A DNA stretch of 63,439 bases, the filler included, from Nemertoderma westbladi (Eukaryota; Animalia; Xenacoelomorpha), in NCBI GenBank assembly GCA_032718475.1. It is 5 parts of 5 records of this genome, joined end to end, with 100 filler letters (N's around TTAATTAATTAA, not from the genome) between each part and the next. Parts side by side here need not be neighbours in the genome. Positions count along the whole stretch, not along the records: positions 1 to 20,064 come from JAUCBJ010001274.1; 4 more parts are not named here. One strand, given 5' to 3'. Shown in pieces: positions 1 through 11,583 of this stretch; within the stretch, counting starts at the first letter, position 1, and the number at the start of each line of letters is the position of its first letter. The notes below the pieces were generated by a model. That model made no database searches. It was not told where the DNA came from and saw only the letters and a list, made by a program, of their open reading frames with translations. Made by a program: the position numbers and the translations under genes.

Positions 1-57
1 GCCTTATTATTCCTCGCGGCCCGTTCACTCTAATCCCCACACTCGGTATGCCACAGT

Positions 58-961
58 TTAATTTCTCGGGGAGGCGCCCGTGGGCCGCGACAACGTCTCC
101 CCCAGTTCGTTTCCCGCGTTCGCCCAACCGAGCGCACCATTCCCGCCACTGCGGCACCCCCGCGCGATGTGCCCCACCTGGCCGCACCTAAAACAACCCT
201 TCGGTTTGGCGTTTGTATTATCGGCCCTATTCGTCGACCAGGCATTACCACCACCACCGCCACTGGTTTCCTGGCTGGTGCATTCGCAGGCGAAATGCCC
301 TGCTTTTCTGCACCGATAGCACTCAACTGACTGCCTCATCCCGCCCCACGATCCAATTTCCCGATCATGTCCACGATTACTTTGTTCTGAATGCCCCGAC
401 CCCCTGCGACTACTAAACCCAGCGGCACCCCAGACACTATCCATACCATTCCGCTCTGCCAGCATTCATCTCGCCTGCTGCAACAACTCATCGATTCCCA
501 CGTTTCCCGCCATCGCCTTCACCTCCATTCTCACACTGTTTGGAAGGCCATTAGCGAACTGAACCGCTAGGAGATTGACTTCTAGTATCTTCCGTTATCA
601 ATGATAGAAGCCTTCTCAAATCAGCCAGAAATGAATCTGCCGTTTCGTCGCCGAGGACTCTCTGTTTGAACTTGTCGTACGCCGCGTATGGGGTGTCGGC
701 GAACGCCTGGATTAGCATCTTCCTGATGATTGCGCAATCTTTTTTCTCGGCTTCTGACAGTTGGGATATTACATCGTGGGCCGCCCCCTTGAGCGACAAC
801 CTCAGATACGTAGCACGGCTTCCTTCGTATAATTTAGCTTCTTCCCGTAATATCTCGAACGTGTCGTCGAATATGGTAAGCCAGGAACACGGATCTCCCG
901 TCCCGTCATATTTGGCCACATAGTCCGAGAGTTTCGGTGCCATTGTCTGATTGTGTCTCAT
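58..961 (-). pseudogene. gag: Gypsy-type LTR retrotransposon gag, frameshifted, with two CCHC zinc knuckles
   Basis: ORF 551-961 is capsid-like (KYDGTGDPCSWL...YLRLSLKGAAHDVISQL...GDETADSFLADLRRL). ORF 58-465 carries CYRCRKAGHFACEC and CFRCGQVGHIARGC knuckles. The frame breaks near 550-590 and the element continues off the left edge. Confidence 0.85.
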
Positions 962-1005
962 ATAATAAAAAGTGAATAACAGGCCCGGTTAGCTTTTGGT
1001 GCCAA

Positions 1006-1136
1006 TGTAAAAACTATCAGACTATATCTGTATATGATAAATGCAATGTGAACTTATAATATCGCAACCGAACAGAATAATACCGGTAGGTAGTACACAC
1101 AGTACCGGTACTGCAGTAACCAGTATATCCCCAACA
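1006..1136 (-). mobile_element. Putative short (131-bp) 5' LTR followed by a primer-binding site (about 993-1004)
   Basis: Minus strand reads TGTTGGGG...TTTTACA, then T, then TGGCACCAAAAG (TGG-starting PBS-like), about 30-40 nt before the gag ATG. The second LTR is outside the window. Confidence 0.6.
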
Positions 1137-1327
1137 GGCACTGCTATCCTTCCCTATAATGAGCTACTACTACAATGGGACAGTAGGCCTATAACCCCGC
1201 TATAGGTACCTAACTGGAAATTATTCAAACCCCCAAGTGCCCAACTCTAATTCATGAATTTCTGAAGTCTGTCAGTCTTTCTGTCAGTTTGTCTTTCAAG
1301 ACTTTAGAAATAATAAAATCTACTAAC

Positions 1328-1880
1328 ATTCTGGCTATGGGGGTTTTCCTTGTCAAGGATTTCATTTCCGCTATCAGCTTTCACTTTTGACCCTATCCAG
1401 ACTGTCTGTCGGTCTGTCTGTCGGTCTGTCTGTCACTCTGTCCGTCAAAAGTATAAGGAATCACATTAGCTAATTAAAATTCTCGCTATGGGGTTTTCCT
1501 GGTCAAGGATTTCATTTCCGCTGTCAGTTTTCACTTTTGACCTTATGCAGACTGTCTGTCGGTCTGTCTATATGTCTGTCTGTCTGTCAGTCTGTCGGTC
1601 GAAAATATAAGGAATCACATTAGCTAATTAAAATTCTCTCTATGGGGGTTTTCCTGGTCAATAATTTCATTTCCGCTGTAAGTTATCAATTTTGACCCTA
1701 GCCAGACTGTCTGCCGGTCTGTCTGTCGGTCTGACTGTCCGTCAAAAATATAAGGAATCACATTAGCTAATTAAAATTCTCTCTATGGGGGTTTTCCTGG
1801 TCAAGGATTTCATTTCCGCTGTCAGTTTTCACTTTTGACCCTATCCAGACCGTGTGTCGGTCTGTCTGTCGGTCAGTCTG
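1328..1880. repeat. About 4 tandem ~150-bp units with GTCT microsatellite, probably the internal array of a non-autonomous DNA element
   Basis: Unit ATTCTC(G/T)CTATGGGGGTTTTCCTGGTCAAGGATTTCATTTCCGCTGTCAGTTTTCACTTTTGACCCTATCCAGACTGTCTGTC... starts at about 1328, 1479, 1633 and 1775. A related motif occurs at about 18995-19075. Confidence 0.8.
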
Positions 1881-3184
1881 TTTAGGCTTTTTTGTTTAGG
1901 CTGTTTAGTCAGTTTAGGCCTACCTTACTGCAGTACAGCTAAAGTCTGGCAGTCTGTAAACAGGTCTGCGTAGGCCTACCGGTAGTTAAACTACAGTAGA
2001 TACAAGCTGAAATGCGTCGCTAACATATAGAAGCATGTACTTAATAGTCCAGCAACATTTTCCCTTCTTAGAAATCGAATAAATGTCATGGAACAGACGT
2101 GTGTGTCATGGCGCAATACCCATGGAATAGACGTATGTGCCATGGTACCGAAAGGGTTAAATTAGGCAGCGCAAAATTTTTTATAAGTAAAATTAAACAA
2201 TATCTAATTCTCTGTGCTAGATTTGATTAATTATTTAATTTTCTCTTATTAATGCTGACTTAATTGTCTCCTTTACGTATCCGCGATGCTACATGATGTT
2301 TGGTTAGAGATTGGGAGTTGGGTCCGTCATCTAAATATGACACAGTTTGATGTGCTTCGATTGTCTGGGTTTGGTGGGGTGCCGTGGTGATCATTACCAC
2401 GGTTGGTTACTGTGTAAACATCTGCGCTGACTCTGCACTGCTGTCCGGTGTAAATAACTTCTGTAGGTATGTTTTTGTGTATTTTTATATTCTATATTGT
2501 CACCTAGCACCAGCAGATGTTTCACTAGCGTTGCTATCTTTCTGCTGTACTGGCAATATCTACTATTTAACTGTATTGCTGTGATATATAAATGTTAATT
2601 GTTGTGTATAGAATATTGCAAATTAAAAATTGAATTGAATTGAACTAAATATCTTTGATGCCCGTAATTTACGTCCTCATGGCCTCCCATCTGCAAATAC
2701 CATCAATTAATTGCTGCCACAGTGCTCAATCAGGATTGAGTACTAACAGTAACACACACTAAAAATTTGTGCTAAAATTGGACTAATTCGTGCTCCAACC
2801 GAGTCGAATACTTTTAGAAATAATGAATTATTAGTTATTAACATTAGGAAACGAAAGACGATTGGCAAAATATCCACTGGAGTATGCACGGTCCATTTTA
2901 GTGGAGATATAAAGTTTAGTGGTAAAGGGGATCTTTACAAAGTGACTCACGTAGATTTACCTCAAATTAGCAGTGTCACACCACAAACGGCCACTTTTTA
3001 CTATGAGTTTACTGTAAAGTAACCAATAAATTATTTATATTGCTGAAGTAATCTAACTCAAACCGTACTCTTTACTTTATGTTGCTCGACGTGACTCCGC
3101 TATCCGTGAAAGTCTCGGGAAATGGAAATGTTCTAAATAATTTCGCTTTCGGTTCGTTTTTTTGTTGTTACCAATTATTTCTAC

Positions 3185-4032
3185 GATCGGCACGCTGCAT
3201 TGTAGCTGCATTATATATATTACATATATAATAAGAATGCTGTGCCAGCTTGTCGACAAAATTGCGCCGCCACATCATGACCCCATTCGCTAGTTCATCC
3301 ACATCTCCAATGTCAGTGTCTTTTAAGAAGCGTCTCAAGAAAGTCATGGGCTGTCCAGTATGCTTATTCGCTCCATGAGGCCGCCAAAGCACAAGATTAT
3401 GCACTGGCTGATCCTCACGGCGAAAACAATGTCCTGCAAAGCAGAGGCGGTTCGGTTCAAGTGTCAAGCAAGGGGTGACTAATGGAACACCTCCAATGTT
3501 GTATAGAGTCTGATTGTAGATGTGTTCGTTGTACTTGACACAATGAATCCGAATCCTGGACAGACTATTTAACGCTGCCCATGCCTGCCCCTTACGTATC
3601 CGAAGGTCTTCCTTCACCTTACTGTCTGATCCACGATCCCAAGTAGCAGAAGTCATCCACGTGCTCAAGCAAGTCGTCCTTAGAGCTTAAGCCCTTACGA
3701 TGAGACATTTCTTGAATGCTGTCTAGGTTGTCTGTCAAGATTTCGGTCTTCTTGGAATTATCAAAAAGACCAACACTAGATGCAACCTGCTCCAATGAGC
3801 AGAAGAGCCTTTCGGCTCTCTCTAGTACCCGATACCATTAGTCATCAGCAAAGTCTAGATCAGTACGGTACTTTGCTGGATTTCCCCTACTTCTTGAGCC
3901 AGTGGTGTTACCATCACCCCATCTTTATTAAGATGGTCTAAGGACATGCGTAGAACATAATCAACCTCAATTACGAATAAGAATGGCGCTAGTGTGTCAC
4001 CGTGATACTTCGAGTGGATTTGTGTCACCATC
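3185..4032 (-). mobile_element. Older RTE LINE copy, 3' part (RT motifs to 3' UTR), degenerate
   Basis: Reverse complement encodes GDTLAPFLF, DLDFADD, EDLRIRKGQAWAAL and FAGHCFRREDQPVHNLVLW. Its 3' UTR TGCAGCTACAATGCAGC matches the family-A 3' end at about 52870. Confidence 0.85.
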
Positions 4033-4034
4033 AT

Positions 4035-7000
4035 CAGGTCAGTCTTCTAGGTCATTGATCAAGAAAACTTGCCACCTCCATGCAGCATAAAGGAGGTGCC
4101 ACCTGTAGCTGCATAGACCCTCTTACTAGGGCAAATCTGGTCCTGTAACTAGGACCCCCTTCGTTCTGGGATAAGGACGCCCTTGGTCCTGGATTAAGGA
4201 CCCATATACTTGGCTGCAGGGGTATATGGCCTGGCCAGTGGCCAGGCTGGTCTACCAATGGCTGGTCAGGAGTAGAGTGTTCTCATGTCCACTCTGAGTG
4301 CACGTCACTGCGACCTGCACCTGGCAGCAGGGGTACAGGGCATGACCCAGCAGATGAGCTGCACAGCCAATGGTGGGCCATGTGCGCCAGAGTAGATATG
4401 GGTGATAGGCCTCATATCTGACTCCACTGCGACACCCACCCTGTGGAATGGCAAACCAGGGTGTGGTATTTGCCCCGAGAGCTGACTCGGCAAAAAAGCA
4501 CCCCCCAACCCCCACTATGGATTACATTAGTAATGCGGAGGTCCAGCCACTAAAGGCCAGTGGAATGACTGGACACAATCGGCCTCACAGGCGTCAGTTA
4601 TCTCCTGACCGGCTGCCTGTCTCACCCCTACTGGAGAGAGAGCGGCAAACAATTCTTTGAGTCCCTTTCCTGATGACCTTTCTGGCCCAAACCCTGGGTC
4701 ACCAGGGAGGTCAGATTGTGAGGGGGAGACGGATTCTGGAGTTGGAGGCTACTCTCATGTTCCACCCCCACCAACAAAGCCATTGGTGAATCTGAGGCAA
4801 GTCACTAGACTAGCCTCAGTAAACACCCTAACACTCGGGTCCCCAATGCGACAAGGTGAGCTGACTGCCTTGGCAGATAAGCTTTCTCTTAGTGCAGTGG
4901 GTGTTCAAGAGCACCGAATGCAGACTGGACATACTGATGAGGTTCTGATTAAGGACATGGGGGGCGGTTGGCGACTCGCCCTCGCTTCAGCAGATGATAG
5001 TGGCAATGGTGGAATTGGTCTATTGATGAATCCAACTGGACATGCAGCATTGGACAAAATAGACCAAATCTCTAACCGCATCATCCATTACCACTTCTCA
5101 TGTTCTGGAAGACTGGCTAAGAAGTTTCCTAAGGTGGTTCTGATTGTGTGCTACTCTCCAACTAGTGTTGCCCCTGTAGAGGAGCTGGAAAATTTCTACC
5201 AGAATCTACAAGCAGCTACTGATGGAGTGGATCAGCATGCATTCTTAACATTCCTGGGAGACTTTAATGCAAGTCTGCATTAATCACCTACATCGCCCTG
5301 AGTCTATAACAATAGTGTTAACCGAAATTCCGTCCATCTTCAGGATTTTATCTCTGGAAATGGATTGTTTTCGGCTGGAACCCAGTTCAAGAAGCGAACT
5401 GGAAAGCTATGGACTCATAGTGGACCCAGTGGTCACAAGTCCCAGATAGACCATATCCTGTTTCGTAAGAAATACAGGAGCTCTATACTAGACTGTAATG
5501 CATTTACACTACGACCCTTCTCCAGTGATCACCGCCTTATTGTGGCCAAGGTAAGACTTAGTCTGCGTGCTAGCAGAACAATAAATTCTGCCTTGCCGCG
5601 GCATGACTGGTCCTCTCTGTTGCAACAGCCAAGTGTGAGAACCAGCTTCACACTACAGCTGAGCAACAGGTATTTGGTTCTTGCCTCTCAGGCGGCAGAT
5701 CACTGTGAGGGCTATACTGCCTTCACAGAGGCAGTTAAGTTAGCAGCTGCAGAAACAGTTCCTGTATACCCTCGAAACAGGAAACGGGCCCCCATTCAGA
5801 AGTGCCGAAATGACCTCTACAAGGCGCAGAAAGAGTCCCGACTCAAACAGACTACAGCGGCCAAGAATGCAGTTAAGGCTGCATCTAGGTCCCTGAACAG
5901 GCAGTACTCTGTTAATTTACAGGAGCTAATAAACCAACAGGTTGATGCCATCCATGATGCTGACGACAGCAGGCAATCATCCCAGGCATGGAGATCGATC
6001 AACTTGCTTGCTCGTAGAAAAAGCCAACCAACCACTAAGGTTAAGGCTGAATCACCAGCCGATCGCCTCAATGATTGGAAGGCCCACTTTGAAAAGCTCC
6101 TCAATAATGACAGGGTATTGCCTAATAACTTTATAGAAGTAAAAGTGTCTGAGTCTGTACTCCCAGATATTCCCATTGGTGATATCTCCTTTGCAGAAGT
6201 GAAGGCTGCTGCAAAGAGCATTAAGACCAATCGTGCCAGTGGAGTAGATGGTGTTCCCCCTGAGGTCTTTAAAATACCTGAGTGTTTAAAGCTCATCTAT
6301 CCCATCATAGTAGACATGTACCGAACAACACGAGTCCCACTAGAAATGAAAACAAATAAGTTGGTGCCAGTTCCCAAGAAGGGCAACCTAACACTCTATG
6401 GTTCTTTTCGGGGAATCTCATTGATCTCGTTTGCTGCAAAGCTATACAGTAGAATTCTATTAAATCGCATCAGGGATCCCATTGAGAGACTGCTCCGTGG
6501 AAATCAGAATGGGTTCCGTAAAGGTCGTGGGACCATGGAGCCCATTTTGGCACTTAGAAGGGTAATTGAAGAGTTATCAAAAAAGAAAGACAGGCATCTG
6601 GCTGTTATCTTTGTTGACTTCTTCAAGGCCTTTGATTCAGTCTCTCGCTCACGTATGTTCAGCATACTTTCAATATGTGGGATTCCTGATGAAATTATTG
6701 CAGCAATCAGATCAGTATACGATGGTTCGACAACATTTGTGTCTATGGGTGACGGTGACACAGAACCATTTGAAGTGTTATGGGGCGTCCTCCAGGGAGA
6801 CACACTTGCACCATTCTTGTTCATAATTGTTGTTGACTATGTTCTACGCATGTCCTTAGATCATCATAATGATGATGGGGTGATGATAACTCCACCTACT
6901 GGCTCCAGAAGTCGAGGAAATCCTACCAAGTACCTAACTGATCTACACTTTGCTGATGACTTAGGAGTACTCTCAGAATCATTAGAGGGAGCCCAACGGC

Positions 7001-7594
7001 TCCTCAGCTCATTAGAACATTCTGCTTCTAGTGTTGGTCTTTTTATTAACTCCAGAAAGACCAAAATGTTGATAGTTAACTTTGAAAGTCATCAGCAAGT
7101 CTCTGATCGGATGAGCATAAGCTCAAAAGATGGTATGCTTGAGCGAGCATGTGGATGACTTCTGTTACCTGGGATCATGGATCCGGAAGTCAGGTGAGGA
7201 CCTTCGAATACGCAAGGGAAAGGCATGGGCAGCCTTGAATAGGCTTTCCAGGATTTGGAAGTCACCGAGAATTAATCGGAAACTTAAGGTCCGATTATGT
7301 AGAGCAGCAGTAGTTCCAGTACTCCTCTATGGGAGTCCTGGCTGGGCTCTAACTGCCGCGGACACCAAATCTCTGGATGGCACATTCACAAGAATGCTAC
7401 GCCGGGTTCATTGTGTCAAGTACAATGCACACATCTCCAACGAGACACTATATAACATTGGAGGTGTATCATTGGTTCCCCCAAGCTTGACACTAGAACA
7501 AAATCGCCTCCGATTTGCAGGACATTGCTTTCGCCGTGAGGACCAGCCAGTGCATAATCTTGTACTTTGGCAGCCTCATGGAGTGAATAAGCAT
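4035..7594 (+). mobile_element. RTE-clade LINE, family A, 5'-complete and 3'-truncated, with disrupted APE-RT ORF
   Basis: Starts CAGGTCAG like the copy at 38374. APE motifs: VNTLTL, VGVQEHR, CYSPT, GDFNA, QIDHIL, SSDH. RT motifs: QNGFRKGRG, FVDFFKAFDSV, GVLQGDTLAP, FADD. Stops at 5281 and about 5299, and a frameshift at about 7145. Confidence 0.95.
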
Positions 7595-9030
7595 TCTACT
7601 CCACTGGCATGATTGGTCTTGATGCTCCTAGCTGCAATCTTGATTTCAGCAAAGAAGATGTCACCAATGGGGATATCTATCTGTGAGCACAGACTCGGAT
7701 AGATAGATAAATATAATTTATTGACAATTAATATGATTTATATAGTGCGCAAAACTTGAACTACACACAAAATCACAAAAACAAATAAATAGAATTTATT
7801 GACAATTAATATGATTTATATAGTGCGCAAAACTTGAACTACACACAAAATCACAAAAACAAAAACAAAAATAACTGTCCAGATATACATGATGTACCTC
7901 AAAGTTATCAGGCAGTGCCCTGTCATTGTTTAGAAGCATCTCAAAATGGTCTTTCCAACCTCTTTACCTTGGTAGTTGGTTGGCTTTTCCTCTCAGTAAG
8001 CAGGTTTATTGATTTCCATGCCTGGGCTGATTGCCTGCTATCATCCACATTGTTAATGGCATCAACCTGCTTATTGATAAGCTCCTTCAGATTATCAGAG
8101 TGCTGCCTGATAAGGGACCTAAATGCAGCCTTACCTGCATCCTTGGCTGTCCTCGTGTTCCCGAGTCGGCTGGACTTATTTCGCCTTATATAGGTCATTT
8201 CGGCACTTCTGAATTCTGTGGTCAGTCCAGGGGGGCCTTTTCCTGTTTGGAGGGTACAAGAACTGTTTCTGCAGCTGCTACCTTAACAGCTTCTGTGAAG
8301 GCAGTATCCCTCGCAGTGATCTGTTGCCTCAGAGGCGAAAACCTCGTGCCTGTTGCTCAGCTTTAGTGTGAAGCTGGATCTCAAACTGGGTTCTTGCAAC
8401 AGAGAGGATCTACAGTCATGCCGTGGAAAGGCAGATTTGTAATTCTGCTAGCGCTCAGAATAAGTGTTACCTATACGAAACAGAATGTGGTCTATCTGGG
8501 ACTTGTGGCCACTAGATCCATTGTGAGTCCATAGCGTTCCAGTTCGCTTCTTGAACTTAGTTTCCGACGAAAACTGTCCATTTCCAGAGATGAAATCCTG
8601 AAGATGGATTGAATTTCTGTTAGCACTATTGCTATAGACCCAGGGCGATGTGGATGAGTGATGCAGACTTGCATTAAGGTCTTCCAGGAATGTTAAGAAT
8701 GCATGCTGATCCACTCCACCAGTAGCTGCTTGTAGATTGTGGTATAAATTTTCCACCTCCTCTACTGGGGCAACACTAGTTGGAGAGTAGCACACAATCA
8801 GAACCACCTTAGTAAACTTCTTTGTAAGTCTTCCTAAACATGATAAGTGGCAACGGATGATGCGGTTAAAGATTTGGTCTATTTTGTCCAATGCTGCATG
8901 TGAGTTGGATACATCAATAGAACAATTCCACCATTGCCACTATCGTCAGCTGATGCGAGGTCTAGTTGCTAACCGCCCCCATGTCCTTAATTAGAACTTC
9001 ATTAGTCTGTCCAGTCTGCATTCGGTGCAC
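7594..9030 (-). mobile_element. Older RTE LINE copy, 5' part (endonuclease to pre-RT), degenerate and interrupted
   Basis: Minus ORFs 8448-8891 and 7941-8198 are homologous to the family-A EN and linker (CYSPTSVAPVEE, QIDHILF, SRQSAQAWKSINLL). Interrupted at about 7698-7890. Confidence 0.9.
7715..7863. repeat. Two-copy tandem duplication, period 78 bp, inserted in the old RTE
   Basis: AATTTATTGACAATTAATATGATTTATATAGTGCGCAAAACTTGAACTACACACAAAATCACAAAAACAAA occurs at 7715 and 7793. Confidence 0.9.
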
Positions 9031-10716
9031 TTGATTATTCCTATGCTCCAATTATTAAGAACTTTTGAATTTTCCTGACTATACAAATAGTAGTATTAAT
9101 TTTTATTAGGCAGAATTTCTTGCGTGACAGGCAGACAGGACAATTGCCCCCCAGACAATTGCCCCTCCGATAATTGCCCTCCAATGACACTTACCCACCA
9201 AACAGAATTGCCCCCGGGAAAATCGTAAAATGAATAAGGTCGTTCCTAACTAGCCTGTCGCATCATTATCGCATTCGATTCGCAAGAACATTAATTCAGT
9301 GAGTAGCGCCGCATTGCTCACCGCCCGAAACTGTGCCTTTTATTAATTGAAAAACTCGTTCCTTGAACCATGCTATAAATATGTAGCGCCATCTAGTGGC
9401 ACGCAATATAATTTTGCAATATCAGGTAGTAGGTCAATGTCTGTGTATCATTTGGGCTCCGCTCCCATGCAGGATCGGTTCCCTAAATCATGTCATTATG
9501 TATTGTATATGCCAGCAGCAGCAGCGTTAGGCCGGAACCTTCTAGAAACTGTTGCACTGCTGAGTATAGTCAAAAATATACTCGAGCTACTCGACACCAT
9601 TGCATGTCTCATTCATTGCGCTCGTCCTGTACATATCGATCATCATACAAACGTGTAGCTTACAACATCAAACTATCAGAACTGAACAAAATTTGGTATA
9701 TTCTGTTCAATAATATTCGAAGCAATACATCAAAAAGTTTTGACAAAATACTCACCCCCGCCTATAAAGGCTGGTTCATTATCATAAATACCAATATTGG
9801 AGTTGTATGAATAACTTTTAGCCATTCTTGGGATTTTAGTCTACCTGCAAAACAAAGAACCCAAATAATAATAACGTTGTATATTAGTAGTCTACTATGT
9901 TCGCCAAGAAGATACCTGATTATGCCAAGAAGGTATCTGATTGGCTGGTATGGTGGAATGAAATAGTAAGTGATGACGTTTGTTTAATCCTTTAAGTTAT
10001 GAATGAACGAACATCCCATATGTCATGGGAGGTATAATAATGTTGATAAAGTACAAAAGAAACGGTGATCTTTGCATGACGATGACTCACAGCCGCTTGT
10101 ATATAAGACACGGTGAAGGGTTCGGGAAATTAAATGTGCTAAATAAAATTTTTTTTTTGTTACCAATTATTTGTTAAATGCTTTTAGATCTTCCTGACTA
10201 TACTAATAATAATATTAATACTTAGTAGGCATAATTTCTTATGATAAATTTTTAAAAAATAAAATAATTTTTTTTGCTTGCTTTGCTCAGAAAGTCCACA
10301 AATTATTGATGATTGTTCAGGGATTGAATGGTAAAATCCAATGCTAACATTAAAATTAGACACGCTAGGTTTAAAATAAGTAAATTGGCAAGTTTATAAT
10401 AAATATTAGGGACTACATTAAAATAAATAAAATGGGGCTTGTTATTTTCGGGTAAGATCCGAAAGCATTGCCATTGGCCATTGACGACAGTCCAATGTGT
10501 GGTAAATATAGGAACAATGATCTGAGCAATACTGACAAATTTAACCGATCTTTCGTGAAATGGTTGCGTGTTTTTGCATAACTTATGGTGGAAGCCCTGC
10601 TAGGTTGTGCGCGTCAGTATATGCCTGTTCTTCTGACACGGTTACTTTAAGGTGCTCGTTTTGAAGGCTGGTCCATTGGAATTCCAGGCGATTCCAGGCG
10701 TTTTCCGGAATTCCCA

Positions 10717-10927
10717 TTGAAGTAGGGTGTCTGAAGTCGGGCGGCTGATGTAAGGCGGTTAAAGTAGGGTGGCTGATGTCGGGCGGCTGATGTAGGGTGG
10801 TTGAAGTAGGTTGGCTGATGTCGGGCGGCTGATGTAGGGCAGTTGAAGTAGGGTGGCTGATGTCGGGTGGCTGATGTAGGGTTGTTGAAGTAGGGTGACT
10901 GATGTCGGACGGCTGATATAGGGCGGT
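10717..10927. repeat. 42-bp minisatellite, about 5 copies
   Basis: Unit TTGAAGTAGGGTGGCTGATGTCGGGCGGCTGATGTAGGGYKG. The minus strand reads TSAARHQPPYFNxP repeats. Confidence 0.9.
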
Positions 10928-11583
10928 CTACCTGTATCAAGAACACAGCTTATTGCAGATGGTGTTGATTAGAGGCATTTGGCAAAGGGGTTTACGGTTT
11001 CGGTGTTCATAGTTGTTGCATCTGCAGGTTGTTTTGTAACCAGTGAATGATAGCCAGTTTCGTTTCTTTGGCCTAAGAAGTTGATGAATGAGACTCGAGT
11101 TGCTTCATTTCAATCGGAGCAATCTTTGGTTTATGATCGGCAAACAATAGCCATGGGTTGCTCTCAGATAAATTAACCTGTTAATCAATTCTTCATCTTC
11201 GTACGTCTCTTCGTTTTGCCTTTATTAGCTTCTTATACTATTTCCGCAGATTCCAGTAATTTGAATAAATTTTATATAATTTATTCAAAAATTTAAATAA
11301 ATTTTAATAAAAAATAAATGTAGAAATACAGTGAACCAACATTTCAAAAATGTATGTTAATGGACCTATTCTAGTACTTGTGGAAGAACCTTGTATGTGT
11401 ACCTACTGTACAGTACCAGATGTACCAGATTAGATTAATAATAAACCTGACCTGACCTGTTACTGTATAAACAGACCGTCTTTGTATTATAGTCACTTTA
11501 GCAAAATAAATGATATATTGGATAGATACAATTGCTAACTGTATGATATATCGTCACGTTCATGTTTACTGGTAATATTGGCA

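Noticed and set aside
5817-6296. Conserved antisense ORFs (159 aa, 106 aa) in RTE-A copies
   Set aside because: Conservation is explained by the near-identity of the copies, and there is no independent coding signal.
9139-9220. GACAATTGCCCC repeats (similar GACAATTGCGACC at 34551-34620) as transposon termini
   Set aside because: No matching opposite end or TSD could be identified, so element boundaries cannot be called.
10990-11250. Possible decayed coding sequence (OTU-like ending) on the minus strand
   Set aside because: Only a vague motif resemblance with multiple stops, which is insufficient support.
11436-11460. (CCTGA)3 upstream of the kelch gene, the reverse complement of the RTE 5' CAGGT repeat
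   Set aside because: Not followed by the pseudoknot motif. It follows AATAAA, so it is more likely the microsatellite tail of another retroelement.
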